Counted from the first letter of the stretch, positions 18,736-29,656 are shown. The stretch: 64,000 nt of DNA from Desulfatiglandales bacterium (GCA_963667015.2 CAXXJJ010000001.1:2240001-2304000); one strand, 5' to 3'. Program-made: numbers and translations. Notes: a model not told the origin generated them from the letters alone.

Positions 18736-19545
18736 TCTCGGACCGGTAATTTCAGGCTGTTCAAGCTGCATCTTCCTGACTGCCTTTTCAGTAATCTCTT
18801 TTATCTCATTTGCGCTAAGTCCGCTTATCTCTGCACCGGATTTACCCGGCCCTGTTCCAGTGATCCTTTTAAATTCATCATGAGACGTACGCTTAAGCCC
18901 TTCCAGTGCCTTTACCTGCGACCGGTTTAGATTGTGATCTATTGCCGCAGTCAATACCTCATCTGAGGTGTCCAGTAAAATCTGGAGGTCATTTTCGTAA
19001 AATGATCGCCATTTCAATGACTTGGGCAGATTTTTGAAGATATTTTCTACCTGTCCCATAAATTTATGGGACAGGTCGTTTGAATCTCCTGAAATACTCG
19101 ATCCTCTTTCTTTGCTTCTTCGTATCGAATCCAGTTTGGAAAGTAGATTTTTCAAGCGATGCATGGCGGATTCACCCATGCTGTCATACACTTCATCACC
19201 GCAAAGCTCGGAGTCGACCAGATCAACAATGGTCTCTATTGTTTCTATAACGGATAAATTTTCACGCTGAAGGTTTTCCGCGGCGCACATACGCCTTGCC
19301 TCAAGGTCATTCGCCTTGATTACTCTGGAGAGTATGGCGCTGTTATCAGTATATTCCTTAACTGCCCTTAACCTTCTTTCACCGCATATTAGCTGAAAAC
19401 GCCTGTTACAGCGCCTTAAGACTACAGGCTCAATAAGACCGTCCCGCGTTATACTCACTGCAAGCTCCCTGAGTTTATCAGTGTTCATATGTCTGCGGTG
19501 CTGAAAAGGGGAAGGATCAATCTTGTCGATATCTATCAGTTCCAT
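18715..19545 (-). pseudogene. ParB/Spo0J N-terminal domain protein, C-terminally truncated
   Basis: IDPSPFQHR, GLIEPVV, LICGERRLRA, ENLQRENL; stop codon lies inside the RAYT-type TIR. Confidence 0.75.
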
Positions 19546-19744
19546 AATGATTTTCCTTTGGTGCCCATACTGAAATGGGTCTGATGTTAAAAGACAAATA
19601 TTTTTGGATTGATGCAAGTAATTCGGGAAAACTTTTTAAGATGGTAATTCGTTGTTTCTGAAATGATATGCTCTATTTTTAAATCTTTTTTAAAAATAAT
19701 TCAATGTTCAATATTCAACCACTACCCCTTTCCACGTCTTACTT

Positions 19745-21493
19745 TTAATGCGGCAGAAAGTCGCATAGCGGTGATTCGACTTCTATACTTTCTTCCCTAT
19801 CCCGTACCACCGGCAACACCAGGTGGGACGGGTACTCACTGTTGTGATAAACAGTGATATCAATGGAGAGCGGAGAAGGGCCTGTGACATAGGAGCTTCC
19901 CGCGTCCCATGAATTATAATCCCTGTCCTCACAGGCGATCTGCAGCCAGATTTTATGTCCCTTTTTAAATGTATTGAAAATGGGAACAAGCTCGATCTGA
20001 AATTCATATATGGTACCCGGCTCAAGAATTTCAGGGTTGGTAAAAGAATGCCATGGATTTCCCGGTTTTGATCTGGATTCATCCAGTTTCCTGAATTTTG
20101 TCTTGAGATTTCCATAGCTCCACAGGTTAACCTCTCCGGGTGTCCATGCATCAGTCCAGTCAGGCCTCAGGAATGGCTTTCCTGTAACCGGATTCAGGGC
20201 CGGACCATCCGGGCCGATTTCCCCTATCTTGATAAAAAATGCCCAGTCTGAGGGTGTCTTCTCAGTTGTTGAGGCATAAAGAGTCATACTCACAGGACCC
20301 TTTATGGTTACATTTTCTTCCAGCGGCGGAGTGGTAAAGGCCAGGAACTCTTTGTTATCCGAATTAGGGAGGAAGATAAAGGAGCCCGGTTTCTGTTTTT
20401 TAACGGGAGGATGTTTAAATGAGCTGGAATCTTTCTGCCTGTCCGGAGATTCTTGAGCAAGTGCTCCCCATGGTGCGGTTGATGACACATCCCTGTTTAT
20501 ATAGAAGTTCTTCCATTCGGTTCGCCTGATCGGATATTCATTTTCATATTGCCATCTGCCGGTTCCATTATCGTAAATGGCGACTTCGGGCTCATTCATG
20601 ATCCCGGTATCAATTTCTTTAAGCCAGTAATCGAACCATCTGAGAAGGTATTCGTTAATAGCATCAGTCTCAAATATAAATGGCTGATAGCGTGAACCGG
20701 CCCATGGAGATATAATCAGTTTTTTAGGTGATTTGATACTGTTGTAATGTGAAAGATGCTGTGTGATGTGAAGATCATTGGCCGCAGGAGCAATACTTAA
20801 AACCGGGGTCTTAATCCTGTCCATATGCCGCCATGCCCCGCCGTGCTCCCAGTAAAAGGGTCCGTCCTCACTGTTTGCAAATATCCCGGAAATCACGTTT
20901 TCAGGGAGTTCCTTGCCCTGGATCAGGCCGGGCCATATGGCCTCCTGTAAAATTTTGGATACGATGTAGGTAACAAAGGATGAACGCAGGACACCGCCCG
21001 GATAGATCATTCCCCTGTAATTATCTGTGGTTCCCGGACACGGTACAATACACCTGAGATGAGGCGGGTTCTGAAGCGCTGTCACCCACTGGTTAACCCC
21101 GAAATATGAGGCCCCCATCATACCGACTTTTCCGCTGCACCATGGCTGTTCTGCCAGCCACTCTACTGTATCATGCCCGTCCTTTGCCTCATTCTGACCA
21201 TGAAAGCAGAACTGCCCCTGGGAAAAGCCGCTCCCCCTTGCCTGGAGCTGGACAAGGACATAGCCCCTGGGACAATAGAATCGCGGAAGTGCGCTTTCAA
21301 AAAAATACTCCTTCCTGTACCCGGCATAGCCTATAATAGCCGGCCATGGTCCTTTACCGCGTGCAGGCTTGTAAAGATCCATGGCAAGTTTGACTCCATC
21401 ACGCATTTCAGCATAGACATTTTTTTCAAGAACCACGTCTTCATGAACAGGATCGGGATATATTACTTCGGGGATTTCATTATTTGTATTCAT
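19745..21493 (-). CDS. CocE/NonD family serine hydrolase
   Basis: MRDGVKLAMDLY, RGSGFSQG, QPWCSGKVGMMGASYFG, YPSHLVLPV. Confidence 0.92.
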   Translation of the reverse strand: MNTNNEIPEVIYPDPVHEDVVLEKNVYAEMRDGVKLAMDLYKPARGKGPWPAIIGYAGYRKEYFFESALPRFYCPRGYVLVQLQARGSGFSQGQFCFHGQNEAKDGHDTVEWLAEQPWCSGKVGMMGASYFGVNQWVTALQNPPHLRCIVPCPGTTDNYRGMIYPGGVLRSSFVTYIVSKILQEAIWPGLIQGKELPENVISGIFANSEDGPFYWEHGGAWRHMDRIKTPVLSIAPAANDLHITQHLSHYNSIKSPKKLIISPWAGSRYQPFIFETDAINEYLLRWFDYWLKEIDTGIMNEPEVAIYDNGTGRWQYENEYPIRRTEWKNFYINRDVSSTAPWGALAQESPDRQKDSSSFKHPPVKKQKPGSFIFLPNSDNKEFLAFTTPPLEENVTIKGPVSMTLYASTTEKTPSDWAFFIKIGEIGPDGPALNPVTGKPFLRPDWTDAWTPGEVNLWSYGNLKTKFRKLDESRSKPGNPWHSFTNPEILEPGTIYEFQIELVPIFNTFKKGHKIWLQIACEDRDYNSWDAGSSYVTGPSPLSIDITVYHNSEYPSHLVLPVVRDREESIEVESPLCDFLPH

Positions 21494-21544
21494 TGCCTTT
21501 TCCTTTTGAATTTGTAGCAGGCACCGATCTCTGATCACTGACCT

Positions 21545-22876
21545 CTATCTTTTCCCTGTCACCGGGTTGGAATAGTGAAATGGCGGCAGAAAGGCAGAAG
21601 GATACATTTCAAAATAAACTGTGGGCGGTGCATCCGGGGGATTTTCATCGTTAATCCCGGGTGGATTACGGCGATCAAGATCCTTCCACCCCTCATCATA
21701 GGATGCAAAATAGGTGTTAAAAACCTGGTCTTTGTGCAGCATCCAGGTACCGTTGCGCTTTACAAAGATGTTCTCGTAAACCCCTCCCATCCACATGCCT
21801 GTTCCCTGATATGATCCCATCATAGAAAATGCCCTGGAGCGCATGAAGGCAGTCTGGCCGTCCCTGCTTACATGAATTACCGGCTGATACTGCATATGGT
21901 TGTGAAGCTGCCCGTGTAGCTGGTCCTGTTCACCGTATAAATCCAGGTTGCGTCTTATTCCCTTATGCCCTCTGTAAACGCCGCGCTGGGCAATTTCAAT
22001 AGTGCCGTCCGGTGCAAAAATCCCTGTCAAATCATCCCATTGATTCCGTGCGAGATAATATCCGTAAATAGCCTGCATACGCTCCACCTCATAAGCATCC
22101 TGCAGTAATCCGATACGGCTTTCCAGATCATCCATTAATGGGCCGAGTTCTTCAGCCGATATATCCCTGAAATCCGGTTCTGTGGTTTCTGTTTTTCCTG
22201 TTACAGGATTTTCAAAGTGGAAGGGAGGTACAAAAACAGAGGGATAATTCTCATAATCAACAGTTGGAGGCTGATCAGGCGAAAGATCTTTGTCCGGTCC
22301 GGAGCGGGGCAGGGCTTCTTTTGCCCAGCCCTGATCATAGGGTGTGCGCATGATGGAGTAAAGATGCAGGCCGCTTATCTTCCATTTGCCATCTTCTTTT
22401 TTATATTCATTTTCATAGACCCCGGTTCCCCAGAAATGATTTTTGCCGAACTCCGCCTCCTGTGAAAAAAGGTGCCAGCGTCCTTTGGCCTCGGTTCCGG
22501 AAAGCACATGAATGACTGGCTGTAACTGCATAAAGTCGTGAAGCACCCCCTCTTCAGGGCCTTCCGCCCCAAGGGTCATGAAATATTCCAGGATCCTTGC
22601 CTTGCCCAGGTAAACACCATCGCCCCCGATCTCTACCGAGGCATTGTCAGTAAAGAGGTCGGCTGCCTGGGACCACAGCTTTTTATCAAAATAAAAACCA
22701 AAGATACGCTGAAGATTTTCAATCTCGTTTTCCGCTTCCAGGTTTTCGATTTCCTGCTCAAGTACATTAGCCTCCCTGACAAGCTCGCCATATTCATCCG
22801 GGCCTGAATATTGAATCCGCGGATAGAGGATAATAAGCAGGAGCACCACAACGGCTGAAAATATATGTACTGACAT
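21545..22876 (-). CDS. Tandem SnoaL-like domain protein with N-terminal hydrophobic segment
   Basis: Two repeats of I..LQ..YGYY...W...F...G.Y.G...HMQ.QPVIHV...GVYEN...G.W and P..F.PPFH..NPVTG. Confidence 0.85.
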   Translation of the reverse strand: MSVHIFSAVVVLLLIILYPRIQYSGPDEYGELVREANVLEQEIENLEAENEIENLQRIFGFYFDKKLWSQAADLFTDNASVEIGGDGVYLGKARILEYFMTLGAEGPEEGVLHDFMQLQPVIHVLSGTEAKGRWHLFSQEAEFGKNHFWGTGVYENEYKKEDGKWKISGLHLYSIMRTPYDQGWAKEALPRSGPDKDLSPDQPPTVDYENYPSVFVPPFHFENPVTGKTETTEPDFRDISAEELGPLMDDLESRIGLLQDAYEVERMQAIYGYYLARNQWDDLTGIFAPDGTIEIAQRGVYRGHKGIRRNLDLYGEQDQLHGQLHNHMQYQPVIHVSRDGQTAFMRSRAFSMMGSYQGTGMWMGGVYENIFVKRNGTWMLHKDQVFNTYFASYDEGWKDLDRRNPPGINDENPPDAPPTVYFEMYPSAFLPPFHYSNPVTGKR

Positions 22877-23622
22877 TACCGGTTATCCTCTTCACTGTAT
22901 ACGGCAACAGGATTTTTAAAGTGAAAGGGCGGTAAAAAGGTTTCAGGCCAGGAGCCGAAATCCCTGTTATAGGGGATATCCGGTTTAAGGATACCTGAGA
23001 CATACTTCCCCTGATTTGCGTCTTCATTTTTTGCCCATCCGCCCTCATAGGGCACCAGTATTGTCTGGTACCAGCAGAGCCTGCTTATCTTCCAGACGCC
23101 GTCTTCCTTTACGTATTCATTCTCATAGGGACCTTCTCCCCAGAATGCTGTCCTGCCGTACTGCCCCTGCAGGCTGAGATCACGCCAGCGTCCCTTTGCG
23201 GTCTGGCCGTCATCAGACAGGGTAATGACCGGCATAAGCTGAAAATGTTCATTAAGTTCTCCTTCTCTAAGGCCGGATCTACCGTTGCCAAGGGCGTAAA
23301 AATATTCTCCTATTTTGTCTTTTCCCTTATATGTACCGTCACGTGCATATTCCAGTGTCGCGTTTTCCGAAAACAGGTCCCTGATCTCGTCCCACAGGCC
23401 CCTGTCAAAATAATAACCGAAGATGCGCTGCAGTCGTTTGATGTCATTGCTGTCTTTTATCCGCTGAGCCCTGGCCTTGAGTACCCTTATTCTTTCACGA
23501 TATCCGGCTATCTGTTTTTCATCTATCCCGGCTGCTGAGTCCTCACCTTCTTTTTTTTGACCGCAGGAGAAAAATATTAAAAAAGAGATAGATAAAATAA
23601 TACTGTTCAGTATCCTGTGCAT
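22876..23622 (-). CDS. SnoaL-like lipoprotein
   Basis: Lipobox IFFSC; same domain pattern; 1-bp overlap with the downstream gene. Confidence 0.82.
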   Translation of the reverse strand: MHRILNSIILSISFLIFFSCGQKKEGEDSAAGIDEKQIAGYRERIRVLKARAQRIKDSNDIKRLQRIFGYYFDRGLWDEIRDLFSENATLEYARDGTYKGKDKIGEYFYALGNGRSGLREGELNEHFQLMPVITLSDDGQTAKGRWRDLSLQGQYGRTAFWGEGPYENEYVKEDGVWKISRLCWYQTILVPYEGGWAKNEDANQGKYVSGILKPDIPYNRDFGSWPETFLPPFHFKNPVAVYSEEDNR

Positions 23623-23702
23623 AATTTACCGTTTCAAATCATAACTGGAATAGTTGCTGCAATTCGGTTAAAATCCCGCATCGGGGCCCGGCAAAGACCC
23701 GG

Positions 23703-24257
23703 CTACAATACCCTGTAAAAATGGATTATCACGCTGTTGGCCTTTCGCATTCCCGTGGATATAATAATTGATTTATTTAGCCAGTCGTATTTACTGCCGT
23801 CCTTAACCTCCATCTTTGCGTAGGTACGCATATAGTATTCTGAGGGAGGAACATCTTCACCCTTTGCGAGACGTGCCAGCACCTCTTTTGGAGCGGTCCT
23901 GATGCCGCTGTTTTCTATAAAGATGATCACCCCGTCATCGGTCATCAGGCTGTATTTTGCCACAAGGTCTGCTGTTCCGTCTTCGCGCACTGTCTGCCAG
24001 TCTGCGCCGCCGCGCAGAACCTTTCCTTTGATTTTAGGCCCCACAACCGTGCCGCCTGTAATATTAATGATCCGGCGTACTCCGTATTTGGTTTTTCCCA
24101 GTTCCTGGGGCGGATCAAGTGTTGCAGTTACCTCAAATAAAAATTCCAGCTCCGGTTTTGGAATCAGATCACCCGCAGGAGCAATATTTGCGTACATAAC
24201 GAATACTAAAAGGGTAAAAATAATAAGAAAGGTCTTTTTCATGGTGTTTGTCTCCAT
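23703..24257 (-). CDS. DUF3237 family protein with signal peptide
   Basis: GVRRIINITGG.V.GP.IKG.VL.GGADWQ, TDDG..I...N.G, YYMRT, YDWLN. Confidence 0.85.
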   Translation of the reverse strand: METNTMKKTFLIIFTLLVFVMYANIAPAGDLIPKPELEFLFEVTATLDPPQELGKTKYGVRRIINITGGTVVGPKIKGKVLRGGADWQTVREDGTADLVAKYSLMTDDGVIIFIENSGIRTAPKEVLARLAKGEDVPPSEYYMRTYAKMEVKDGSKYDWLNKSIIISTGMRKANSVIIHFYRVL

Positions 24258-24267
24258 TTAATTAATG

Positions 24268-25170
24268 TTATCTGGGAATGGGATCGGATGTAGGCCAGAA
24301 GCGTGCTGTTGAGAGGGGCAGGGCACGGAAAAATGCAAGGACAGAGTGAATTTCATTGCCCCAGATCTTGAAGGACTCAAAGGTCACAAGCGAATTGCCT
24401 TCGCCATAGTTTGAACCGGCGTAACCGAAATTCATCCACAGTAATACGATGCCCTTTTCTTCATCCACTGCGGCAACACTCGCAATAATGCTCGGATGCA
24501 GGGTGATGTACTGCTCGTACAAGCCGCTGTTTGGCCTTTTGCATCCTTTTCCGGCCATTATTACTCCGTTTTCAACACGGTAGGTTTCCGGGGCAAAAGG
24601 TGTTCCGGCATCAATGAAGCTTCCGATGCGAAGGCCCTCGGTGTATGTCAGGGCGGTCCTGATCATTGACTCGCGCGACTGTTTTTTTCCGGCCGGAACA
24701 GGATCATTCATTCCCCTTATCGGCGCTCCAAGCTGATTCGGCTGAATACGTGACTCAGGAGTGATATGTTCTACAAGGGTCTCAATGCCTGTGATCTTCA
24801 TATCCTTTACATAAAGCAGTATGGCGCATAGCGCCTGGTTTTTGCCTTCGCGGACCACTATATGCGTGGCAGCAACCTGCTTTTTTGTGTCAAGGTAATC
24901 CTGGCGGAATGAATCCTTTGCGGTAACTGTCTGCCACAGTCCCTCTCCCAGTTTCATGGCCTTTGAGTCCTCCGTGAAACGGACATTGTCGGACAGGGGC
25001 AGGCTCGATGGATCATGGCCCACAAGGGCATCAATATACTGTGTAATCATTCCCCTCAGGCATTCCCGGTCACATTCCTGAGCCGGTGCGGTTTGAACTG
25101 AAAAGAGGAACAGTAACAATAAAAGCGTGACTGTCGGTATTACTCTGTGAGGACGGCATTGTTTAAACAT
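24268..25170 (-). CDS. Secreted hypothetical protein (paralog of 27565-28641)
   Basis: Signal peptide, CDRECL...Y.DAL..HDPS.LPL...RFTE...GEGLW, ITGIET, RVENG. Confidence 0.75.
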   Translation of the reverse strand: MFKQCRPHRVIPTVTLLLLLFLFSVQTAPAQECDRECLRGMITQYIDALVGHDPSSLPLSDNVRFTEDSKAMKLGEGLWQTVTAKDSFRQDYLDTKKQVAATHIVVREGKNQALCAILLYVKDMKITGIETLVEHITPESRIQPNQLGAPIRGMNDPVPAGKKQSRESMIRTALTYTEGLRIGSFIDAGTPFAPETYRVENGVIMAGKGCKRPNSGLYEQYITLHPSIIASVAAVDEEKGIVLLWMNFGYAGSNYGEGNSLVTFESFKIWGNEIHSVLAFFRALPLSTARFWPTSDPIPR

Positions 25171-25294
25171 AGATCTCTCCAATATGATTTGAATGTTGCA
25201 GAAAACTTTGTTGATGAGGGCTCTATTTTTGAAGAGTAATATATATGGTGTCAGGTGCGTCATGTCAATATCTATTACAACGGCGGCAAAAGGC

Positions 25295-27294
25295 TCAGTG
25301 CCCGTTCAGAACCTCCCTTACCTTCTCGCTCAGCTCCCTTCGTGAAAAGGGTTTGCTTATAAAGGCAATTCCCTGCTCCAGAACCCCGTGATGTGCAATG
25401 ACATCAGCCGTATAACCTGACATGAAAAGGCATTTTATTTCCGGATATACGACCTGGATTTTTTGTGCAAGCTCCTTTCCGTTCATCTCCGGCATTATCA
25501 CATCTGTCATGAGCATGCGGATCCCTTTCCCATCCTCGGATTGTATGATTTTCATGGCCTCTACCGGTGATGAAGCGGCCAGAACCCTGTAACCGAACCG
25601 TTCAAGCATTGTTTTGATCATCCGCAAAATAACAGTCTCATCTTCAACCAGCAGAATAGTCTCTGATCCCCGGTGCGGTTTCAGGTCTTGTTCCCTTTCC
25701 GGTGCAGGATTAACAGCCTCCACGTGAGACGGGAAATAGAGTTTAAAGGTAGTGCCCTTGCCGGGCTCACTGTAGACATTGATGAACCCCCTGTTCTGCT
25801 TTACAATCCCGTATACAGTTGACAGTCCGAGGCCGCTTCCCCGGCCATCCTCCTTTGTTGTGAAAAAGGGCTCAAAGATATTGGCCTGGGTGGTTTTATC
25901 CATTCCTGCACCGGTGTCGCTGACGCCTATCATGACATACTGGCCCGGCCGACACTCGGAATGTCTATACAGTAATCCTCATCCAGAAGCGCATTGCATG
26001 TTTCAATGGTAATTTTTCCTCCCCCGTCAATAGAGTCCCTTGCATTGATACACAGATTGGCCATTATCTGATCCATCTGGTATGGATCAATTTTTACTGC
26101 ATGTAACCGGTTTCCAGGCCGCCAGGCCAGATCGATATCTTCCCCTATGAGCCGCTTGAGCATCCTGAGCATATCATCGATGATCCGGTTCAGATCAAGT
26201 AACCGGGGCTCGGTGGTCTGTTTTCGTGCAAATGCCAGCAATTGGCGGGTCAGGTGGGTCGAGCGCTCCCCGGCCTTGTATATCTCTTTGAGCAGAGTTC
26301 TAACTGGGCTGGTCTCCTCCAGTTCATCCAGTGCCATCTCCGCATTTCCCAGAATGATGCTAAGCATATTGTTGAAATCATGTGCAACGCCGCCGGCAAG
26401 TCTGCCTATGGCCTCAATCTTCTGTGCCTGTCTGAGCTGTTCTTCCATTTTTCTTTGATTTTCTTCTACCCGCTTCTTTTCAGTAATATCCTGAACTGTA
26501 CCCTGCATGGCCGTGAGGTTGCCTTCATCATCATAGATGCCCTGAAAGGTAGAAAAATAGTGTCCGGTTGATCCGTCAGGTAACAGAAAACGCTGTTCGT
26601 ATTCGCCCGGCTGACGATTCTTCATGGCTTTTTCAATCAGCTCCAGATCCCTTTGATGTTCTTCAGGCCAGGGAGAAAGTGCCTGGATTGAATCTATCTG
26701 GGGAACAAATTCATTCGGGTCCAGTTTGAAAATCCTGTAAACTTCCTCTGACCATTCCACCTCACCGGTATGAATGTCCCAGACCCAGTATCCGAGACTG
26801 GCCATTTTCTGGGCCTCCTTGAGTTTTCTCTGGGCTTCTATAAGGGATTCCTCTGCCTTTTTACGTGCAGTAATGTCCCTGGCAATACCAAGCACACCGA
26901 TAAGTTCTCCCTCAGGGGTTTTCATGGGAGTTTTTATGGTCTCAAACAGGCCAGTATAACTGTTCTCCTGAAATGTGAGCCACTCTTCATTTACTGAAGG
27001 ACTATCAAGTTCCATGGCCCTGCAGTCATTTTCCCGAAAAAAATCGGCCAGCTTCCTTTCAACAAAATCGTAGTCCGTTTTTCCGATAATGTCGGCTTTT
27101 TTCGCACCCAAAAACAGTTCAAGCGTTGGATTGCAATAGAGGTAAACACCCTCCGGATCCTTGAGCCAGATCATATCAGGGACTGTATCCACCAGTATCC
27201 TAAGAAGGGCTTCGGACTTTTGCAGGGTCTTTTGTTCTTTCATGAGGCCCCTGATCTGTTGCTCTAATGTTTCATAACCTGGTTTTAAAGACAT
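25295..27294 (-). pseudogene. Hybrid PAS-PAS histidine kinase/receiver, split by a frameshift near 25965
   Basis: LAGGVAHDFNN and N box in 25930-27294; PGQYVMIGVSDTG, FFTTK, GLGL and receiver in another frame; one base missing. Confidence 0.85.
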
Positions 27295-27495
27295 GTTTAC
27301 CCATTTTTTGCGACAGGTTCGAATAAAACAGGCTCATTCACCAATAGTATATTGGAGCCATGGACCGGTACGCATATGTGCTACAGGAATATTTATGAAT
27401 TTAAGAGGTGTTTAAATGAAAGTATACGTAAGATTAGATTTTCGTTCAAGTAATAATCTCTGTAATTTTGGTTTTCAGCAAAAAGGATGAGAGCC

Positions 27496-27537
27496 TTAAT
27501 GAACCACCCCGCTACAGGCAGCGGGGTGGTTCATTAA
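27496..27537. terminator. 18-bp perfect stem-loop downstream of 27565-28641
   Basis: TTAATGAACCACCCCGCT-ACAGGC-AGCGGGGTGGTTCATTAA. Confidence 0.65.
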
Positions 27538-27564
27538 TTTAAAATATTCGCGGCTGATCAGATC

Positions 27565-28641
27565 CTATTCGATCGGTTCAAGGGGCCAGCCCATTGATTG
27601 CGCCCTTGGCCCTACGATTGAATGGATCAGATCCACCTCACCGTCTCTCATCCTGAACATGTGGCAATCCACAAGGCCGCTTCCTGTAGGATTTTCGGCA
27701 TTTGCGGTTGCTCCGCCGCCAAACATCATAAAGGCTATGGAAATACCTTTTTCAGTATCAACCCAGACGCGCCTCGGTCCATGATTCATGCTGTTACCCA
27801 TTCGTTTCCTGAATGTCACGGGCGAACAATCATGGTCACTGGCTGTTGTCAGCAGGCCGTTCTCCCAACGGTCGCATACCTTGGCAAAGGGGACGCTCAC
27901 TGTCGAGCCTTCTGCGAAAAGTGCAAAATAATTGTCTGCCGCATCCGCAAGCACCTTGCGCGGTATACGTTTATCCGGCGGCAGGATAGTATCCCAGTCC
28001 TGGTCTTTTGTTTCCAGTTCCTTTTGCACGTTAAAGGCAAAATCTCTCTCCCTGGCTATGATCGTCTCAATTTCCGTGATTTTGCCATTTTCAACTTTAA
28101 GCCGGTTAGCGAACAGGATCGGCCGGACAGTACCCTCTTTGGGTAATTCTTTCGGTCCGCTGAACATGGCGCCTAATCCGCCTCCAGGGCCGGGTGCACC
28201 TGCTGGAGGTTTCTTTGCACCTGCTGGAGGTTTCTTCGCACCGGCAGGGGGTTTGGGTGCTCCAGGAGCTCCGCCGCCTCCGAAACCGCTTCCAAAGCCT
28301 TCTCCAACTGTTTTAGAGCTGAATGGTTCTTCTATTACCGCAATGGTGGCCGTGGTGCATTTTTTTGTATCGATCAGGGTACGTTTGAGCAGGGGTTTGC
28401 CGGCACTTTCCCAGAAGCCTGTTCCAACCTCTTTTTTGACGCCGTTTTCAATGAATTTAGCCGTAGAAGCAAGAGGCAGGCCTGATATACTGTGCTCCTG
28501 AATGGACTTGAAGTACATGTCCGTTATTTTATTAAGTTCTTCTCGGGTACAGCTGTCTTCTCCTGCAAGGGCATTTGAGACAGAAGTGCATATAAGTGCA
28601 GTAAGGCAAAACGTCATAAAAAATATTGCTGTTCGTTTCAT
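27565..28641 (-). CDS. Secreted hypothetical protein with Gly/Pro-rich insert
   Basis: RBS GGAGG before ATG 28641, signal peptide, CTREEL...LPL...FIENG...G.GFW, ITEIET, RWENG. Confidence 0.78.
   Translation of the reverse strand: MKRTAIFFMTFCLTALICTSVSNALAGEDSCTREELNKITDMYFKSIQEHSISGLPLASTAKFIENGVKKEVGTGFWESAGKPLLKRTLIDTKKCTTATIAVIEEPFSSKTVGEGFGSGFGGGGAPGAPKPPAGAKKPPAGAKKPPAGAPGPGGGLGAMFSGPKELPKEGTVRPILFANRLKVENGKITEIETIIARERDFAFNVQKELETKDQDWDTILPPDKRIPRKVLADAADNYFALFAEGSTVSVPFAKVCDRWENGLLTTASDHDCSPVTFRKRMGNSMNHGPRRVWVDTEKGISIAFMMFGGGATANAENPTGSGLVDCHMFRMRDGEVDLIHSIVGPRAQSMGWPLEPIE
28196..28258. repeat. 21-bp coding tandem repeat (three units, third degenerate)
   Basis: GCACCTGCTGGAGGTTTCTT(T/C) twice; encodes KKPPAGA. 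Confidence 0.85.
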
Positions 28642-29003
28642 CTTTGAATCCTCCGGAACAATACAGTTCGAAATAAATAAAAATATGTGGTTGGTTAAAA
28701 GAATTTCCTCAATTGAAGAGTGAAGTATATGGAGCTGTGTATTGTATGTCAATATACTTTTTTCTCTAATTTCCTGGTGCAACCAGGAAATTTTTACCCT
28801 GTTAAATACCTTAAAATATGATTTGATCAAAACAATACTCAAATCTTGTTTAAAAGGGTTAATTGGTTATTGATCATTGAATAAGGTCTTGAAATTCAGG
28901 TGAAAAAAACTTAAACATAATCCATTAATCAATCCCGGTGTAATAATTTTCTACACCTGTTAAAGCCAGGCAGGTTCGTGTATCTTTGAAATCAAGGAGA
29001 AAT

Positions 29004-29198
29004 ATGAGCAATTACAGTATAAAGGACAATACAGTTAAGTACATTTTTATCTGTCTTCTGGGGTTGTCTCTCTTAAGTATTCCTGCCCAAACATCAGCTC
29101 AGGAGCCTTCGGCAACTGATAAATCCGGAGGCATGGAAATTGTCCCCACTCTTGAATGTTGTATATTGAATTTTGAATCAACTGCAATTGGCGGCTAG
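29004..29198 (+). pseudogene. Probable truncated secreted-protein gene
   Basis: AGGAG RBS, clear signal peptide ending TSA-QE, then early stop. Confidence 0.4.
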
Positions 29199-29320
29199 CT
29201 GTAAATTGAAAAAACTCTTGCTTTTTCGAGCCATTAATCTTAAATCTAATAATCTATTATTTCTTTTTGAGTTTAATGATTTTCTGCCTTACAAGTCTTA
29301 TCGATTTATACGCCTTAGGT

Positions 29321-29498
29321 AGTGCCCATCCATAAACAGTTTTGAGGCACTAATTGGTTTCCAATTCATAAACGAGATATTTTTTACAAGATCAAGGAAC
29401 TCAAGGAATGGCGCGGAGATGTACTTTAGTACATCGCACAAGTCATTCCGCAGATTGACGCAGAGATTGTGAAAAAGAGCCGTTTATGGATGGAAACT
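29321..29498. mobile_element. MITE (178 bp)
   Basis: AGTGCCCATCCATAAAC / GTTTATGGATGGAAACT inverted ends; AGGT on both flanks. Confidence 0.85.
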
Positions 29499-29656
29499 AG
29501 GTAACTGATAATATCTTATTGTAATTGATGAACGTCTATTGATCATTGTTCCAAACTTATGGACGTGATTACGCTTAATGGATCGCTCAAAGGCTGTAAA
29601 ATACTAACAGGCGCAACCTCCTGCGTTTCTTTAAATGTTTACACATGAGGACCTAA

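Noticed and set aside
18715..19545. Plasmid or prophage partition locus
   Set aside because: No parA, rep or phage genes; the ParB-like gene is truncated
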